A DNA stretch of 64,000 nt from Candidatus Nomurabacteria bacterium RIFCSPHIGHO2_02_40_30 (GCA_001785445.1 MFTV01000016.1:6259-70258); one strand, 5' to 3'; positions 27,246 to 38,580 are shown, counted from the stretch's first letter. Made by a program: numbers and translations. The notes: generated by a model from the sequence alone, not told the origin.

Positions 27246-27965
27246 TTAATCCATTTTAATGGCTTTTTTGTCACTTATGGAAGCCTCGCCAAAGGAACGG
27301 GTAGTTTTCTTGTCAGCAAAAATTTTACCGCGATAAATCCAAACCTTAATGCCGATAACTCCGTAAGACAAAGTGGCGCGCTCGCGCTTGAAGTCTATAT
27401 CCGCTCGGAAACTCTGGAGTGGGACAGATCCACGTTTCAGCTCTTCCGTCCGAGCAATTTCTGCTCCGCCTAAACGCCCTGACAATACTATCCTAGCCCC
27501 CTCGACGCCCCTCGCTTGCATTACTTTTTCTATCATTTGCTTAATCACTCTGCGGTAAGGCAATCTTTTTTCCAACCCTTCGGCAATCATGTAGGCCACG
27601 ATAGCGGCATCAGCTTCTGGATTTGAGACTTCTGTAATTTCCAGTTTAAAATCTTCAGGTTTTGGAAGTTTTAATTTACCCATTTTATTTAAAATATCCA
27701 TTTTCAACTTTGTTGCGCCTTCGCCGTTGCGACCGATTAAAAGACCAGGGCGAGAAGTTTTTACTATAAATCTTGTAGCTTTATTACTTCTTTCTATTTC
27801 TATAGAAGATATATACATACCACGCAATTTCTTTTCCAAATACTGACGTATTAAGACATCTCCCTTAAGATAAGTGACATATTTTTTAGGGTCGGCAAAC
27901 CAGCGAGACTTCCAGTCTCGGAGGATTATCAATCTATGCGCATATGGATGGACTATTTTTGACAT
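27246..27965 (-). CDS. rpsC: 30S ribosomal protein S3
   Basis: KH domain and GRNGEGATKLK. Start trimmed to MSKIVHPY. Confidence 0.9.
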   Translation of the reverse strand: MSKIVHPYAHRLIILRDWKSRWFADPKKYVTYLKGDVLIRQYLEKKLRGMYISSIEIERSNKATRFIVKTSRPGLLIGRNGEGATKLKMDILNKMGKLKLPKPEDFKLEITEVSNPEADAAIVAYMIAEGLEKRLPYRRVIKQMIEKVMQARGVEGARIVLSGRLGGAEIARTEELKRGSVPLQSFRADIDFKRERATLSYGVIGIKVWIYRGKIFADKKTTRSFGEASISDKKAIKMD

Positions 27966-27969
27966 ATAA

Positions 27970-28356
27970 TTATTTTTTTGTCCCGACCTTAACTCGGGAT
28001 CCCGACTTTGGTCGGTACTTTTTAACTGCCACAACTTTCTCACCCAAAAGAAGATTCAAATGACTTGTGCGCTTGTTTATCCTGTGTCCGGTGCCCATAG
28101 CCGCAGGCATCATGCGTTTCATTGTTATGCCTTTATCTACTCGCAATTCTTTTATAAACAAATTCTCTACGTCTACCCCCATACTCTTTGCATTCGCTAC
28201 AGCTGAAAGCAAAAGTTTCTTAATAGGTAGCCCAGCGCGCTTAGCCAAAAAATCAAGCTCAGCAATTGCTTCCACCACTTTCTTGCCTTTTACTAATCCG
28301 GCAACTAAGCGAACTTTTCTAGGAGACTGTCTATAATTTTTCAAAAATGCTTTCAT
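27970..28356 (-). CDS. rplV: 50S ribosomal protein L22
   Basis: MKAFLKNYRQSPRKVRLVAGLV. Confidence 0.9.
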   Translation of the reverse strand: MKAFLKNYRQSPRKVRLVAGLVKGKKVVEAIAELDFLAKRAGLPIKKLLLSAVANAKSMGVDVENLFIKELRVDKGITMKRMMPAAMGTGHRINKRTSHLNLLLGEKVVAVKKYRPKSGSRVKVGTKK

Positions 28357-28365
28357 ATTATTAAA

Positions 28366-28722
28366 TTATTTTTTTGCTGCGCCTTTGGCATCAGCGGCTG
28401 CAGCAGTGGCACCCTTAGCAGCTATTATCTCTGCTTCTTTTTTCTTTTGTTCAAGTTCTTTCTGCATCTTTCCACCGTGCTTCATAAATTTCTTAGTCGG
28501 AGAAAATTCGCCTAGTCTGTGGCCCACCATGTCCTCAGTTACCAATACATCTACATGAACTTTACCGTTATAAACACCAAAGGTAAAACCAAGCATCTCC
28601 GGAGAAATCACAGAGGCTCTCTTCCAAGTCTTAATGGTGGGAGTCTGGAGCGGGTTTTTGCCGGCAATCTTTTTCAAGAGCCCTTCGTCCACATATATGC
28701 CTTTTTTGATACTTCTGGTCAT
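28366..28722 (-). CDS. rpsS: 30S ribosomal protein S19 (Ala/Lys-rich C-terminal extension)
   Basis: [19 protein letters not shown]. Confidence 0.9.
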   Translation of the reverse strand: MTRSIKKGIYVDEGLLKKIAGKNPLQTPTIKTWKRASVISPEMLGFTFGVYNGKVHVDVLVTEDMVGHRLGEFSPTKKFMKHGGKMQKELEQKKKEAEIIAAKGATAAAADAKGAAKK

Positions 28723-28832
28723 TGGTTACTTTCTTATATAAACAAAATGGCTCTCATTTGAGCCTTAAAATATACTACCAAATTCAAGAATAAAGTCAAA
28801 TAAAAAAACACCCCGTTTTACAGGGTGTTTTT

Positions 28833-29672
28833 TTATTTATTCTTACCAGTCTTTCTGCGGGAAACGATAAATATATTCGAGTATTTCTTTGGTCCACGAG
28901 TCTTGCGCCCACCGGTAACCTTGCCCCACATCGTCTTCGGGCGCTTGGTGCCTCGGCCTTGTCTGCCTTCACCTCCACCATATGGGTGGTCTACTGGGTT
29001 CATGGCAGTACCACGCACAGTTGGGCGGATACCCTTCCAGCGGCTGCGTCCGGCTTTACCATAATTTTCCAAATGATGTTCTTCATTTGAGACCGTGCCG
29101 ATGGACGCCCAGCATTCTTCATTAATTTTTCTAATTTCTGTCGAAGGCATTTTCAAATTAGTATAGCCGTCAGCATTGGCCACCACTTGCGCAAAAATTC
29201 CTGCCGAACGGCCAATTTTAGCTCCACCTCTTGGTTTGATTTCAATATTGTAGACAAAAGTTCCAACTGGAATATTTCGGAGTGGCAGTCTGTTCGCAGA
29301 TGTAAGCGGCGCTTTTTCGGAAACAATAAAAGAGTCTCCGGCTTTTACAGATTTCGGCAAGACTACATACCTTTTTTCCCCGTCCTTATACACAGCAAGC
29401 CCGATAAAAGCTGAACGATTCGGGTCATATTCTATAGATGTTATTTTTGCCGGAATGTCTTTTTTGTCATACAAAAAGTCCACTTCACGATAAAGTCGTT
29501 TGTGCCCGCCACCCTTGTGTCGCATGGTTATGCGCCCTTGGCTATTTCTGCCGACTGAACGACGGAAGCCATGGGTCAGAGATTTGACAGGAGAAGACTT
29601 GGTCAAAATCTCTGCATAATTCACATTGGTCATTTGTCTCCTTGATTTGCTTGTAGGTTTGTATGTTTTCAT
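28833..29672 (-). CDS. rplB: 50S ribosomal protein L2
   Basis: 279 aa, GGGHKRLYR. Confidence 0.95.
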   Translation of the reverse strand: MKTYKPTSKSRRQMTNVNYAEILTKSSPVKSLTHGFRRSVGRNSQGRITMRHKGGGHKRLYREVDFLYDKKDIPAKITSIEYDPNRSAFIGLAVYKDGEKRYVVLPKSVKAGDSFIVSEKAPLTSANRLPLRNIPVGTFVYNIEIKPRGGAKIGRSAGIFAQVVANADGYTNLKMPSTEIRKINEECWASIGTVSNEEHHLENYGKAGRSRWKGIRPTVRGTAMNPVDHPYGGGEGRQGRGTKRPKTMWGKVTGGRKTRGPKKYSNIFIVSRRKTGKNK

Positions 29673-29674
29673 AT

Positions 29675-29980
29675 TTATGCAATTTCAATTTTATCTCCCT
29701 TCTTTAAATATACAAGAGCCTTTCTGCCTCCACCTCTTGTAGAAGGTTTCCCCTTAAAAGTAGTATTTTTCTTTGGGATAGGCAATACATTTACTTTAAT
29801 AGGCTTCACTTTATAAAGTGCAAAGATTTTTTTCTTTATCTCTGTCTTATTCTCTCCTTTTTCTACATTAAAAGTATAGACATTTTGCTCTTGCGCAAAA
29901 GACGCTTTTTCTGTAACTCTACCTTTCATTTTAGGAGCTACTTTTACTTCTTCTTTTTTTATACTTTTTTTCTTTGCCAT
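29675..29980 (-). CDS. rplW: 50S ribosomal protein L23
   Basis: Position between L4 and L2. Basic, 101 aa. Confidence 0.85.
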   Translation of the reverse strand: MAKKKSIKKEEVKVAPKMKGRVTEKASFAQEQNVYTFNVEKGENKTEIKKKIFALYKVKPIKVNVLPIPKKNTTFKGKPSTRGGGRKALVYLKKGDKIEIA

Positions 29981-29984
29981 AAAA

Positions 29985-30656
29985 TTATCCTCGTGATTCT
30001 AAGAATTCAATACTTTCTTTCGGATTTTCTATTACAAGGTACTGGTAATTTAAAACGTCTAGCGGATTTAGATTTTTCAAAAATACCAATTCCAGTTGAG
30101 GTAAATTTCTGAAGCTTTTTTCTGTCTTTTCACTTCGTCCATAAATCGCAATAAGTACTCTCTTTTTTTTGGAATTAGCCAATGATTTAAATCCGGTGGC
30201 TTTGGCTAAATTTTCCATAACTCTCACAGCCTGTTTGGTTTTTATGTCGGTTAACGCAAGCGAATCCACAAAAATTATTTCATTATCTTTCAACTTACGA
30301 GAGAGAACAGAGAAAAGAGCTTGGGCGCGCATTTTTTTTGAAATTTTTCTTTTATAATTTTTCTCGGCAAGAGGACCATGAGTCACACCTCCACCAACCC
30401 AGATGGGGCTACGAGATGAGCCGTGCCTGGCGCGTCCAGTGCCCTTTTGTTTCCAAGGTTTCCTTCCACCACCACGAACCTCTCCTCTGTCCTTAGTGTC
30501 TGCCGTACCTGCGCGCTTATTACTGCGCATGCCTTCTACGACTTGATGCACCAAGTCACTGCGCCATTTGGCAGCAAAAACTTTTGCCGGAAGTTCAATA
30601 CTCCCAGCCTCTACTCCATTTTTGTCATATATTTTTTTTGATATCTTTGCTTCCAT
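29985..30656 (-). CDS. rplD: 50S ribosomal protein L4
   Basis: RGEVRGGGRKPWKQKGTGRAR. Confidence 0.9.
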   Translation of the reverse strand: MEAKISKKIYDKNGVEAGSIELPAKVFAAKWRSDLVHQVVEGMRSNKRAGTADTKDRGEVRGGGRKPWKQKGTGRARHGSSRSPIWVGGGVTHGPLAEKNYKRKISKKMRAQALFSVLSRKLKDNEIIFVDSLALTDIKTKQAVRVMENLAKATGFKSLANSKKKRVLIAIYGRSEKTEKSFRNLPQLELVFLKNLNPLDVLNYQYLVIENPKESIEFLESRG

Positions 30657-30685
30657 GATTTGTTTCCCAGATAGAGGTTTAGCCT

Positions 30686-31300
30686 CTATCTGGCTACTAT
30701 CTCCACCAAAGTTCCACGCTTGCCGGCAATTGCTCCTTTTACGAGCATCAGATTATTCTCTGCATCCACGAAAACAACCTTCAAATTTTTTTGGGTGATG
30801 CGATCAGAGCCCATGCGTCCGGCCATTCTCATCCCTTTTGGAACATGAGTTCGAAGTCCGCCTCCGATAGACCCCGGCTCCCTTTCAGAGTGTTTCTGCC
30901 CGTGGGTACGCGGACCACCGGAGAAACCATGGCGCTTGACCACGCCTTGAAAACCCTTTCCCTTGGACACACTGGTGACTTGAAGCTTGTCTCCGGGAGA
31001 AAAGGCCGACACATCAATAACTCGTCCTTCTTTTACCTCTACTGTGTCACTAGGTTTAAGTCTGAATTCTTTAAGAGTTTTATAAAACCCGCCCTTCATG
31101 GATTTGATTTGCGCTTTATTGATCCTCTCTTTTTTCTGAATGCCGTAACCTACTTGCACAGAGTTGTAGCCATCTTTTTCCTTTTCGAAAACTCTAGTCA
31201 CGGTTACCGGCCCCGCCGAAAGTATGGTAACAGGAATGACTGTCCCATCTTGCTCGAAGTACTCTGTCATATTTTCTTTTGTAGCCAGAATGAATTTCAT
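30686..31300 (-). CDS. rplC: 50S ribosomal protein L3
   Basis: 204 aa, first large gene of the S10 operon after rpsJ. Confidence 0.9.
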   Translation of the reverse strand: MKFILATKENMTEYFEQDGTVIPVTILSAGPVTVTRVFEKEKDGYNSVQVGYGIQKKERINKAQIKSMKGGFYKTLKEFRLKPSDTVEVKEGRVIDVSAFSPGDKLQVTSVSKGKGFQGVVKRHGFSGGPRTHGQKHSEREPGSIGGGLRTHVPKGMRMAGRMGSDRITQKNLKVVFVDAENNLMLVKGAIAGKRGTLVEIVAR

Positions 31301-31304
31301 AATT

Positions 31305-31754
31305 TTATAGCATCTTTACATCTATCTCCACGCCAGAAGGCAACGACAAATTGGTGAGGGCCTCGACGGTCTTTGCATTTGGGTTGACTATGTCTATAAG
31401 TCTTTTATGAACTCGTATTTCGAATTGTTCTCTGGTGTTTTTGTAAATAAATGGAGAACGGTTGACTGTATACTTTTTTATCTCGGTCGGCAATGGCACC
31501 GGCCCGACAATCACGGCATCATAGCGCATGGCTGTGTCCATGATTTGTTTCACCGAAGCATCTAATATCTTGCTTTCGTAAGCTCGTACACGTATGCGCA
31601 GTACTACTTTGCCATCTGTGATGCCAACTTTTTCTTTTTTCACGGAAATTTTCGGAGCCTTCGTCTTGGCTTTGGCAGACTTAACTAGAGGAGTTTTCGG
31701 CACTTTAGGCTTTTTTGTTTTTTTCTCTGTTGTTGGCATAATTTTAAAGTACAA
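31305..31754 (-). CDS. rpsJ: 30S ribosomal protein S10 (about 50-aa Lys-rich N-terminal extension)
   Basis: C-terminal 100 aa (IRVRAYESKILD...) is canonical S10. Confidence 0.9.
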   Translation of the reverse strand: MYFKIMPTTEKKTKKPKVPKTPLVKSAKAKTKAPKISVKKEKVGITDGKVVLRIRVRAYESKILDASVKQIMDTAMRYDAVIVGPVPLPTEIKKYTVNRSPFIYKNTREQFEIRVHKRLIDIVNPNAKTVEALTNLSLPSGVEIDVKML

Positions 31755-31784
31755 TCACTTACAAACTGAAAACGTTTAAGTAGA

Positions 31785-32978
31785 TTACCCGAGAATTTTT
31801 GTTACCACTCCGGCGCCTACTGTCTTGCCTCCTTCTCGTATTGCAAATCTCTGCGATTCCTCAAGCGCAACCGGAGTAACTAATTTAACGGTAATTTTTA
31901 CTGTGTCTCCCGGCATAACCATTTCAGTGCCATCTGCTAAAGTCACATCTCCCGTCACATCCGTAGTACGAATGTAAAACTGAGGCTTGTAACCCTTGAA
32001 GAATGGAGTGTGTCTTCCGCCTTCTTCCTTTTTCAAAACGTAAATTTCAGCTGTGAAATTATCATGCGGAGTAGTCGTGCCTGGCTTACAAAGAACTTGC
32101 CCGCGAGTAATGTCTTCCTTTTTAAGACCACGGAGAAGAATGCCGGCGTTGTCTCCCGCCATACCCTCTTGAAGATTCTTGTTGAACATTTCAATACCGG
32201 TAACTGTAGACTTGGCAGTTGGCTTGATGCCGACAATTTCTACATCTTCACCAACCTTCACTACTCCTCTTTCAATCTTTCCGGTTACCACCGTGCCTCG
32301 TCCTTCGATAGAGAAAATGTCTTCGACAGGCATTAGGAAAGGCTTGGAAATATCTCGTTCTGGAATAGGAATATAAGTATCAAGAGCGTTGGTAAGCTCG
32401 AGAATTTTCTTAGCCCATTCGTCATCAACAGATTTTGACTCCAGAGCCTTAAGCCCTGAACCGCGTATAACCGGTGCGCCAGCTCCGTCAAAGCCTTGCT
32501 TGGTCAAAAGTTCGCGAATTTCTTCTTCCACTAGGTCGATCATATCTTTATCGTCCACCATGTCGCACTTGTTCAGAAAAACAATTATTTTGGGCACGCC
32601 AACTTGCTTCGCAAGGAGCACGTGTTCACGAGTTTGAGGCATAGCGCCGTCTGTAGCCGCAACTACAAGAATAGCGCCGTCCATTTGCGCGGCACCAGTA
32701 ATCATATTCTTTATGTAGTCTGCGTGTCCGGGAGCATCGATGTGCGCGTAGTGGCGAGCATCTGTAGAGTACTCGTTGTGGGAAATGTTAATCGTAATTC
32801 CACGAGCTTTTTCTTCAGGAGCGTTATCAATCTGATCAACACCGCGAAGCCGCACAGTCTTCCCAGCCATGTTTAACACATGCAAAATTGCCGCAGTAAG
32901 TGTGGTCTTGCCGTGGTCGACGTGACCAATGGTACCTACGTTTACGTGCGGTCTGTCTCTTTTAAATTCTTCTGCCAT
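31785..32978 (-). CDS. tuf: Elongation factor Tu
   Basis: [21 protein letters not shown] motifs. Confidence 0.95.
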   Translation of the reverse strand: MAEEFKRDRPHVNVGTIGHVDHGKTTLTAAILHVLNMAGKTVRLRGVDQIDNAPEEKARGITINISHNEYSTDARHYAHIDAPGHADYIKNMITGAAQMDGAILVVAATDGAMPQTREHVLLAKQVGVPKIIVFLNKCDMVDDKDMIDLVEEEIRELLTKQGFDGAGAPVIRGSGLKALESKSVDDEWAKKILELTNALDTYIPIPERDISKPFLMPVEDIFSIEGRGTVVTGKIERGVVKVGEDVEIVGIKPTAKSTVTGIEMFNKNLQEGMAGDNAGILLRGLKKEDITRGQVLCKPGTTTPHDNFTAEIYVLKKEEGGRHTPFFKGYKPQFYIRTTDVTGDVTLADGTEMVMPGDTVKITVKLVTPVALEESQRFAIREGGKTVGAGVVTKILG

Positions 32979-33220
32979 ATTTTTACTTGAGTTAACAATC
33001 AAAACTCAGTGTACGATAACCAGTCACTAAGGCTTGATTACTAACGATATTATTAATAATTTATAATAGAAATAAAACAAAAAACCCAAAAGGGCTTTGA
33101 AACATACTAACAAATTAAAAAATATTGTCAACTAAAGAAAACGGGCACAAATAGGAAGCCGCCTGCAGGAGCCAAACGGTCCTACAAGCGGCATATGTAT
33201 GCGCACTTTTGTTCCCACTT

Positions 33221-33775
33221 CTAGTGGGAACGTACCAACACAAACTCTCTTGTCGGCTGGGATTCTTGGCAAGCAGACTCGAGTTTCTCGATAATTCCGA
33301 TCATGGCGCTGGCGCGTCGTGTGATGAAATCTTTTGCAAACGCCGAATCGCAGAGAATGAGGTCTTCTTTTGCTGGCCTCGTGGCCGTGCTACCGAGGTG
33401 TCGATCAAGTATTGAGATGTCCTCAATCACTTCATCGAATCTGTCGTCAACGCGAGTTTCAAGAAGTTTGACCAGAATTGCCCGCAGTTCTACTTGCTTG
33501 TTAGCCCATGCGGTCGTCGCATCGTAGAATGGGCCAATAGCCAGAAGCCCATCTCCGTGCCACGTGTGTTCCAACAAAAAAAGCACACTTTCGAGTCTGA
33601 AACGCAATTCCAGTCCGAGCTCCGGCATCAACGCCTTAAGCTCCGCGAGCGGATCGACCTTCGCCAAGAAAACGATGCTGTCGAATTTTTCCCGAAGTTT
33701 GGGAAACGTGATGACGATCGCGATCCCCGTCACGACCACCAAAACGAAAAAAGAAACAACTGTCAATGGACTCAT
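33221..33775 (-). CDS. Hypothetical membrane-anchored protein in a visibly GC-rich segment
   Basis: 184 aa, N-terminal TM helix then helical soluble part. Base composition by eye is much GC-richer than the flanking tuf and pyrF. Palindrome GTTCCCACT-TCTAG-TGGGAAC overlaps the stop. Confidence 0.5.
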   Translation of the reverse strand: MSPLTVVSFFVLVVVTGIAIVITFPKLREKFDSIVFLAKVDPLAELKALMPELGLELRFRLESVLFLLEHTWHGDGLLAIGPFYDATTAWANKQVELRAILVKLLETRVDDRFDEVIEDISILDRHLGSTATRPAKEDLILCDSAFAKDFITRRASAMIGIIEKLESACQESQPTREFVLVRSH

Positions 33776-33851
33776 AACTTTACCCTCCTACACAAACCAT
33801 ATCATGTTTTATTCATTCTGTCAACTATTTTTGACTTTGGCTAGTTCTTGC

Positions 33852-34655
33852 CTAGTTAGTTTGGTATTTTCTAATTTCTTCGCAAAGTTTTTGCGCTTCT
33901 TTTTTAGGGTCTTCGGAGAAGATAATTCCGCGGGAAGAATTAATCATAAGTCCTAGTCCATCGCTATCCAAGCCATTTCTCATGACCATCTCCAAGTCTC
34001 CTCCTTGAGATCCAATACCTGGTACCAAGAATGTTGCACCTGTCATACTTCGAGCTTCTTTCATTTCCTCAGGATGCGTTGCTCCCATAACAATCATACA
34101 ATTATTGTTTGTATTCCATTTAGTAGATACATTCTCAACAACTTGTTGCCAAAGTTTTTTACCTCCACCTACATCTAAATTTTGAAATTCTCCTGCCCCA
34201 GGATTTGAGTTTAAAGCTAAAACACTAGAAATCTTATCGATCCTATTAAGAAATGGCTGTACTGCCTCTTGACCCAAGTATGGATTAATAGTTATTCCGT
34301 CAACTTTTAATAAATCAAAGGCTTCAGTTACATAGCCTGTATTAGTATTACCAACATCAGCTCGTTTTGCGTCTAACATTATAAAAATATCAGGATGATT
34401 TTTTTGTATGTAGTCAGTTGTCATTTGTAACTCTGATATACCTTTGGCCCCTTTAGCTTCATAAAAAGCAATATTAGGCTTGTATGCTGCGGCATATTCG
34501 TGAGTTTCATTAATAATATATTTATTAAATTCAAATTGTGGAAACGGCGTTGCCTTAAATTTCTCTGGAATCTTTTCAAAATCAGGATCTAGCCCCACGC
34601 ATAAAAGTGAATTTATTTTCTTTGCTCTTTTATTGTATTTGTCTATTGCGCTCAT
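33852..34655 (-). CDS. pyrF: Orotidine-5'-phosphate decarboxylase
   Basis: CVGLDP...DAKRADVGNT motifs. 267 aa. Confidence 0.85.
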   Translation of the reverse strand: MSAIDKYNKRAKKINSLLCVGLDPDFEKIPEKFKATPFPQFEFNKYIINETHEYAAAYKPNIAFYEAKGAKGISELQMTTDYIQKNHPDIFIMLDAKRADVGNTNTGYVTEAFDLLKVDGITINPYLGQEAVQPFLNRIDKISSVLALNSNPGAGEFQNLDVGGGKKLWQQVVENVSTKWNTNNNCMIVMGATHPEEMKEARSMTGATFLVPGIGSQGGDLEMVMRNGLDSDGLGLMINSSRGIIFSEDPKKEAQKLCEEIRKYQTN

Positions 34656-35288
34656 TTATTTTTTAGAATTTAAATATTCCTTGCCATGACCAACATTTGG
34701 GTTTATTGGTACATTGGCTTTGCATAATGGGCAATCTTTTTCATCAAAAGTTTCCGCCGGTATCTCGCACAATGAAGAAAAAGTTATACCTAATGTTTTT
34801 GCATTTACCTCTTCGGGGATGCGGTTAACCATAACTCCCATAGCCATAATCTTCCCACCAAATGCACGGACAACGTCAATCATCTTGTTCACGGAAAATC
34901 CTGTGGCAATAGTATCGTCAATAATTAAAACTTTTTTACCTTTTATTAAATTCTCATATCCTCTTTTGAAAACCATCGGTCCTTCGGTAGTTTTTTCTGC
35001 ATAGACACTAAGAATTTCTTTTTTTTGCAAGAGAGAAAGATGGTACGCCACCAAATGCCCAAGAATTACTCCGCCTACTACCGGCGCCGTTACCACATCT
35101 ATATCCAAATCTTTATGCTTTTCGGCAAACAATTGAGTAACTCTGAAAGTTTCTGCAGTATGTGGCAGTAAATAATCTTTATTAACATAGACAGCCATAT
35201 GCCTGCTCGAAGTACCAACAAAATGACTATTCCTGATTACAGCTCCTGTTTTCTCCAGTATATTTATTACTTCTTCGGATACATTCAT
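34656..35288 (-). CDS. pyrE: Orotate phosphoribosyltransferase
   Basis: PRTase motif VLIIDDTIATG. Confidence 0.85.
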   Translation of the reverse strand: MNVSEEVINILEKTGAVIRNSHFVGTSSRHMAVYVNKDYLLPHTAETFRVTQLFAEKHKDLDIDVVTAPVVGGVILGHLVAYHLSLLQKKEILSVYAEKTTEGPMVFKRGYENLIKGKKVLIIDDTIATGFSVNKMIDVVRAFGGKIMAMGVMVNRIPEEVNAKTLGITFSSLCEIPAETFDEKDCPLCKANVPINPNVGHGKEYLNSKK

Positions 35289-35294
35289 GTTGTT

Positions 35295-36359
35295 TTATCT
35301 TAACCTTTCTTTTATCTCTTTCGCAAGATACGGGTTCCACATTGCTCCCGTAGCCGACATGACGATGTCTGCGCCGGCATCTCTGTATTCAAAAAAGTCA
35401 TCTGCGTTCATAACTCCCCCGACGCCGATAATAGCGTAAGAGTAGCCATATTCTTCACGTAATTTTTTCAGTCTTTTTACCATATCAAGCCCTGCCCATT
35501 TTATGGAAGCTCCGCAGACTCCGCTATGAGTGCGCCCCGGAAGAGCTTCCCCTCCCTTCTCGTCCACTATTTCAGAAAAGATTGTGTTAATGGCAGAAAT
35601 TCCTTGCACCAGAGAACCAACTTCTCTTACAAAATTGCCAAGTATCGTGTCGTCTTTGAAATAAGAAATTTTTACAATCAGCGGAACATTTTTAATTTCA
35701 GCTTTGATGGCTTTAACTACTTTTACACTATTTTGAGTGTCATAACACAAGAGCTCGCTGGTGCCCTCATTCGGACAGCTAAAATTTACCTCCATAATCT
35801 TTATGCCGGTTTCTTTCATGAGCCTAGCTGCTAAAACGAAGTTATCAACATATCCTTCCGTACTTTGTCCTTCCTTTTTTGTTCTTTGAAAAGCGCCGAC
35901 GAGAATTTGACCTTTGCGAATATTTTTTAATACTTTTTTTATATCTTCTTGCCAAAATTCAGGAGTTCGTGATGGCACACCGAAGGAGTTGGTGATAGAA
36001 AGAGGCTCTTTGTAATCATTATTAGCAACTAATTTTTCTTCATCTTTGCCCAGAGTCAAGCTTTCAGGAACTTTTACAGCTAAAACATTTGGCCATGGAT
36101 GACAAGAATATTTTTCTGTGCGCACAGTTTTGTAGGTAACAATGTCGAAACCTTTGTCGAGAGATGCCTGCGCAAATTTCCCATTAATAAGGGGTCCTGC
36201 CGGAATGCCGAAAGGAGAATTTACTTTAAACCCCATAAAGTAAAACTTGAGCGAGGACTCCCCTTGCTCAACAACTTCCCCGTCTGCGAAGGCACCAAAA
36301 GGACCTTGTTCAAAATTCTCTTCGTAGGATTTATTCGGATCGTAAAAAGGGGTAAGCAT
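35295..36359 (-). CDS. pyrD: Dihydroorotate dehydrogenase
   Basis: TIM-barrel DHODH motifs (NFSCPN, GGV...GAD). Confidence 0.8.
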   Translation of the reverse strand: MLTPFYDPNKSYEENFEQGPFGAFADGEVVEQGESSLKFYFMGFKVNSPFGIPAGPLINGKFAQASLDKGFDIVTYKTVRTEKYSCHPWPNVLAVKVPESLTLGKDEEKLVANNDYKEPLSITNSFGVPSRTPEFWQEDIKKVLKNIRKGQILVGAFQRTKKEGQSTEGYVDNFVLAARLMKETGIKIMEVNFSCPNEGTSELLCYDTQNSVKVVKAIKAEIKNVPLIVKISYFKDDTILGNFVREVGSLVQGISAINTIFSEIVDEKGGEALPGRTHSGVCGASIKWAGLDMVKRLKKLREEYGYSYAIIGVGGVMNADDFFEYRDAGADIVMSATGAMWNPYLAKEIKERLR

Positions 36360-36399
36360 TGTTTATATCTTAACAAAAAACTACTCTGTTGAGTAGTTT

Positions 36400-38580
36400 T
36401 TATTTTCTGGCAGCAATTATGGTCTCGGCGACATTGTTTGGCACAATGTCATAGCGGAAGAATTCCATTGTGAATGACGCTCGGCCTTCGGTCATAGACC
36501 TTAGACCGGTCATGTAGCCGAACATTTCAGAGAGGGGCACGATAGCTCGGATGACTTTATTCATCCCACGATCTTCCATCCCCTCAATAAGGGCGCGCTT
36601 GCTTGAGAGGTTGCCGGTGACGTCACCCATGAATTTGTCCGGAGTTACCACTTCCACTTTCATCATCGGCTCTAGGATTACTGGGTTAGCTCTCTTACAC
36701 GCGTCCTGCACAGCCATGGAGGCGGCAATTTTGAAAGCCATTTCATTGGAGTCAACTTCGTGGTAACTTCCGTCCCAAAGTTCCACAGAAACATTTACCA
36801 TTTTAAATCCGGCCAATATTCCACGGTCTAGTCCTTCCTTGAAACCTTTTTCACAAGGAGCAATATATTCCTGCGGAATAACTCCACCTTTAATAGTATT
36901 CACAAATTCGAAGCCGACAGACCGCTTGGTATTTTTCGGCAAATCTTCCAACTCTTCTTTAGTCAAAATTTCCATTGGCTTAACTTTGATCTTTACGTGT
37001 CCGTAGTTTCCGCGTCCACCGGACTGCTTGATATATTTTCCTTCAGCTTCACTGGTGCCACTAATTGTCTCACGGTAGGCTACTTGAGGTTTGCCAACAT
37101 TGGCTTCCACGGTAAATTCACGCTTCATACGATCCACAATAATTTCTAAATGAAGTTCTCCCATGCCGGCAATGATAGTCTCGCCTGTTTCTTGGTCAGT
37201 AGATACTTTGAAGGTTGGGTCTTCTTGCGCCAGTCTGTTTAAAGCCATACCCATTTTTTCTTGGTCGGCTTTGGTCTTCGGCTCGATGCGAAGAGAGATA
37301 ACTGGTTCTGGAAAGACAATTCTGTCTAGAATAATTGGTTTATCTTCATCACAAAGAGTGTCGGATGTTATGGTATCTTTAAGTCCTACTGCTGCCGCTA
37401 TTTCTCCAGCAAAAACTTTTTTAACTTCTTCCCGGTCGTTGGCATGCATTCGCAGTATTCGGCCGATGCGTTCTTTGTTGCGAGTGCGAGGATTATAAAC
37501 ATAACTACCAGCAGAAAGAGTTCCGGAATAAACTCGGAAGAAAATAAGCTGACCAACGAATGGGTCCGTAGCCACTTTGAAAGCAAGCGCTGAAAATGGT
37601 TCAGAATCAGATGCTTGTCTTACTATAGGTTGTTCTGTATTTTCATCAATACCAGTAATAGGTGGGATGTCGGTCGGAGCTGGTAAATAATCCACAACTC
37701 CATCGAGCACGAGCTGAACACCTTTATTCTTCAAAGCAGAGCCGGCAAAGACTGGAAAGATTTCATTTGCAATCACGGCCTTGCGTAGAGTTTTCTTCAA
37801 GACATCAACATCTGGAACCATGCCTTCTAAGTATTCTGTCATCATCACATCATCCGTCTCAACAATTTTTTCTACAAGGTCATTGCGAAAACCTTCTGCA
37901 ACTTTTTTCATATCTTCTGGCAAAGAACTTAAGTCTTTTTCGACAACAGTGTTCCCCATCTCGCCTTCGAAGTAATATGCCTTCATGTGAAGCAGGTCAA
38001 CAACTCCTTCGAATTTGTCCTCAAGACCGATAGGTATCTGCATGCGAACTGCTTTCTTGGAAAGTCTGTCTAAAATAGTTGCATAAGAATGTTCAAAAGA
38101 TGCGCCAGTACGGTCTAACTTATTTATGAAACAAATACGAGGCACTTTCGCTTCATCAGCATAGCGCCAATTTGTCTCGGATTGTGGTTCTACGCCAGCT
38201 ACCCCGTCAAAAACGACAACTGCGCCGTCGAGCACACGCAAAGAACGCTTTACCTCTACGGTAAAGTCTATGTGTCCCGGAGTGTCGATGATATTGAAAC
38301 GGTGTTTAAATTCATTCTTTGCACCCGCCTTCGTCAAGACTTCGGCGGGCACGTATGTCGGAGTCCAGAAACAAGTCACTGCGGCAGAAGTAATAGTAAT
38401 TCCCCGTTCTCTTTCCTGTTCCATCCAGTCGGTGGTAGTTTCTCCGTCATGCACCTCACCTATTTTGTGTGATACTCCGGTATAAAAAAGCACACGCTCG
38501 GTCGTCGTAGTTTTGCCGGCATCAATGTGCGCAATAATTCCAATATTTCTAACTTTTTCTAGAGGATAATCTCGTTCCAT
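36400..38580 (-). CDS. fusA: Elongation factor G
   Basis: AHIDAGKTT, 726 aa. Confidence 0.95.
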   Translation of the reverse strand: MERDYPLEKVRNIGIIAHIDAGKTTTTERVLFYTGVSHKIGEVHDGETTTDWMEQERERGITITSAAVTCFWTPTYVPAEVLTKAGAKNEFKHRFNIIDTPGHIDFTVEVKRSLRVLDGAVVVFDGVAGVEPQSETNWRYADEAKVPRICFINKLDRTGASFEHSYATILDRLSKKAVRMQIPIGLEDKFEGVVDLLHMKAYYFEGEMGNTVVEKDLSSLPEDMKKVAEGFRNDLVEKIVETDDVMMTEYLEGMVPDVDVLKKTLRKAVIANEIFPVFAGSALKNKGVQLVLDGVVDYLPAPTDIPPITGIDENTEQPIVRQASDSEPFSALAFKVATDPFVGQLIFFRVYSGTLSAGSYVYNPRTRNKERIGRILRMHANDREEVKKVFAGEIAAAVGLKDTITSDTLCDEDKPIILDRIVFPEPVISLRIEPKTKADQEKMGMALNRLAQEDPTFKVSTDQETGETIIAGMGELHLEIIVDRMKREFTVEANVGKPQVAYRETISGTSEAEGKYIKQSGGRGNYGHVKIKVKPMEILTKEELEDLPKNTKRSVGFEFVNTIKGGVIPQEYIAPCEKGFKEGLDRGILAGFKMVNVSVELWDGSYHEVDSNEMAFKIAASMAVQDACKRANPVILEPMMKVEVVTPDKFMGDVTGNLSSKRALIEGMEDRGMNKVIRAIVPLSEMFGYMTGLRSMTEGRASFTMEFFRYDIVPNNVAETIIAARK

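Noticed and set aside
22140-33956. Numerous short ORFs overlapping secY, ribosomal-protein genes, tuf and pyr genes
   Set aside because: All overlap strongly supported conserved genes in other frames or strands.
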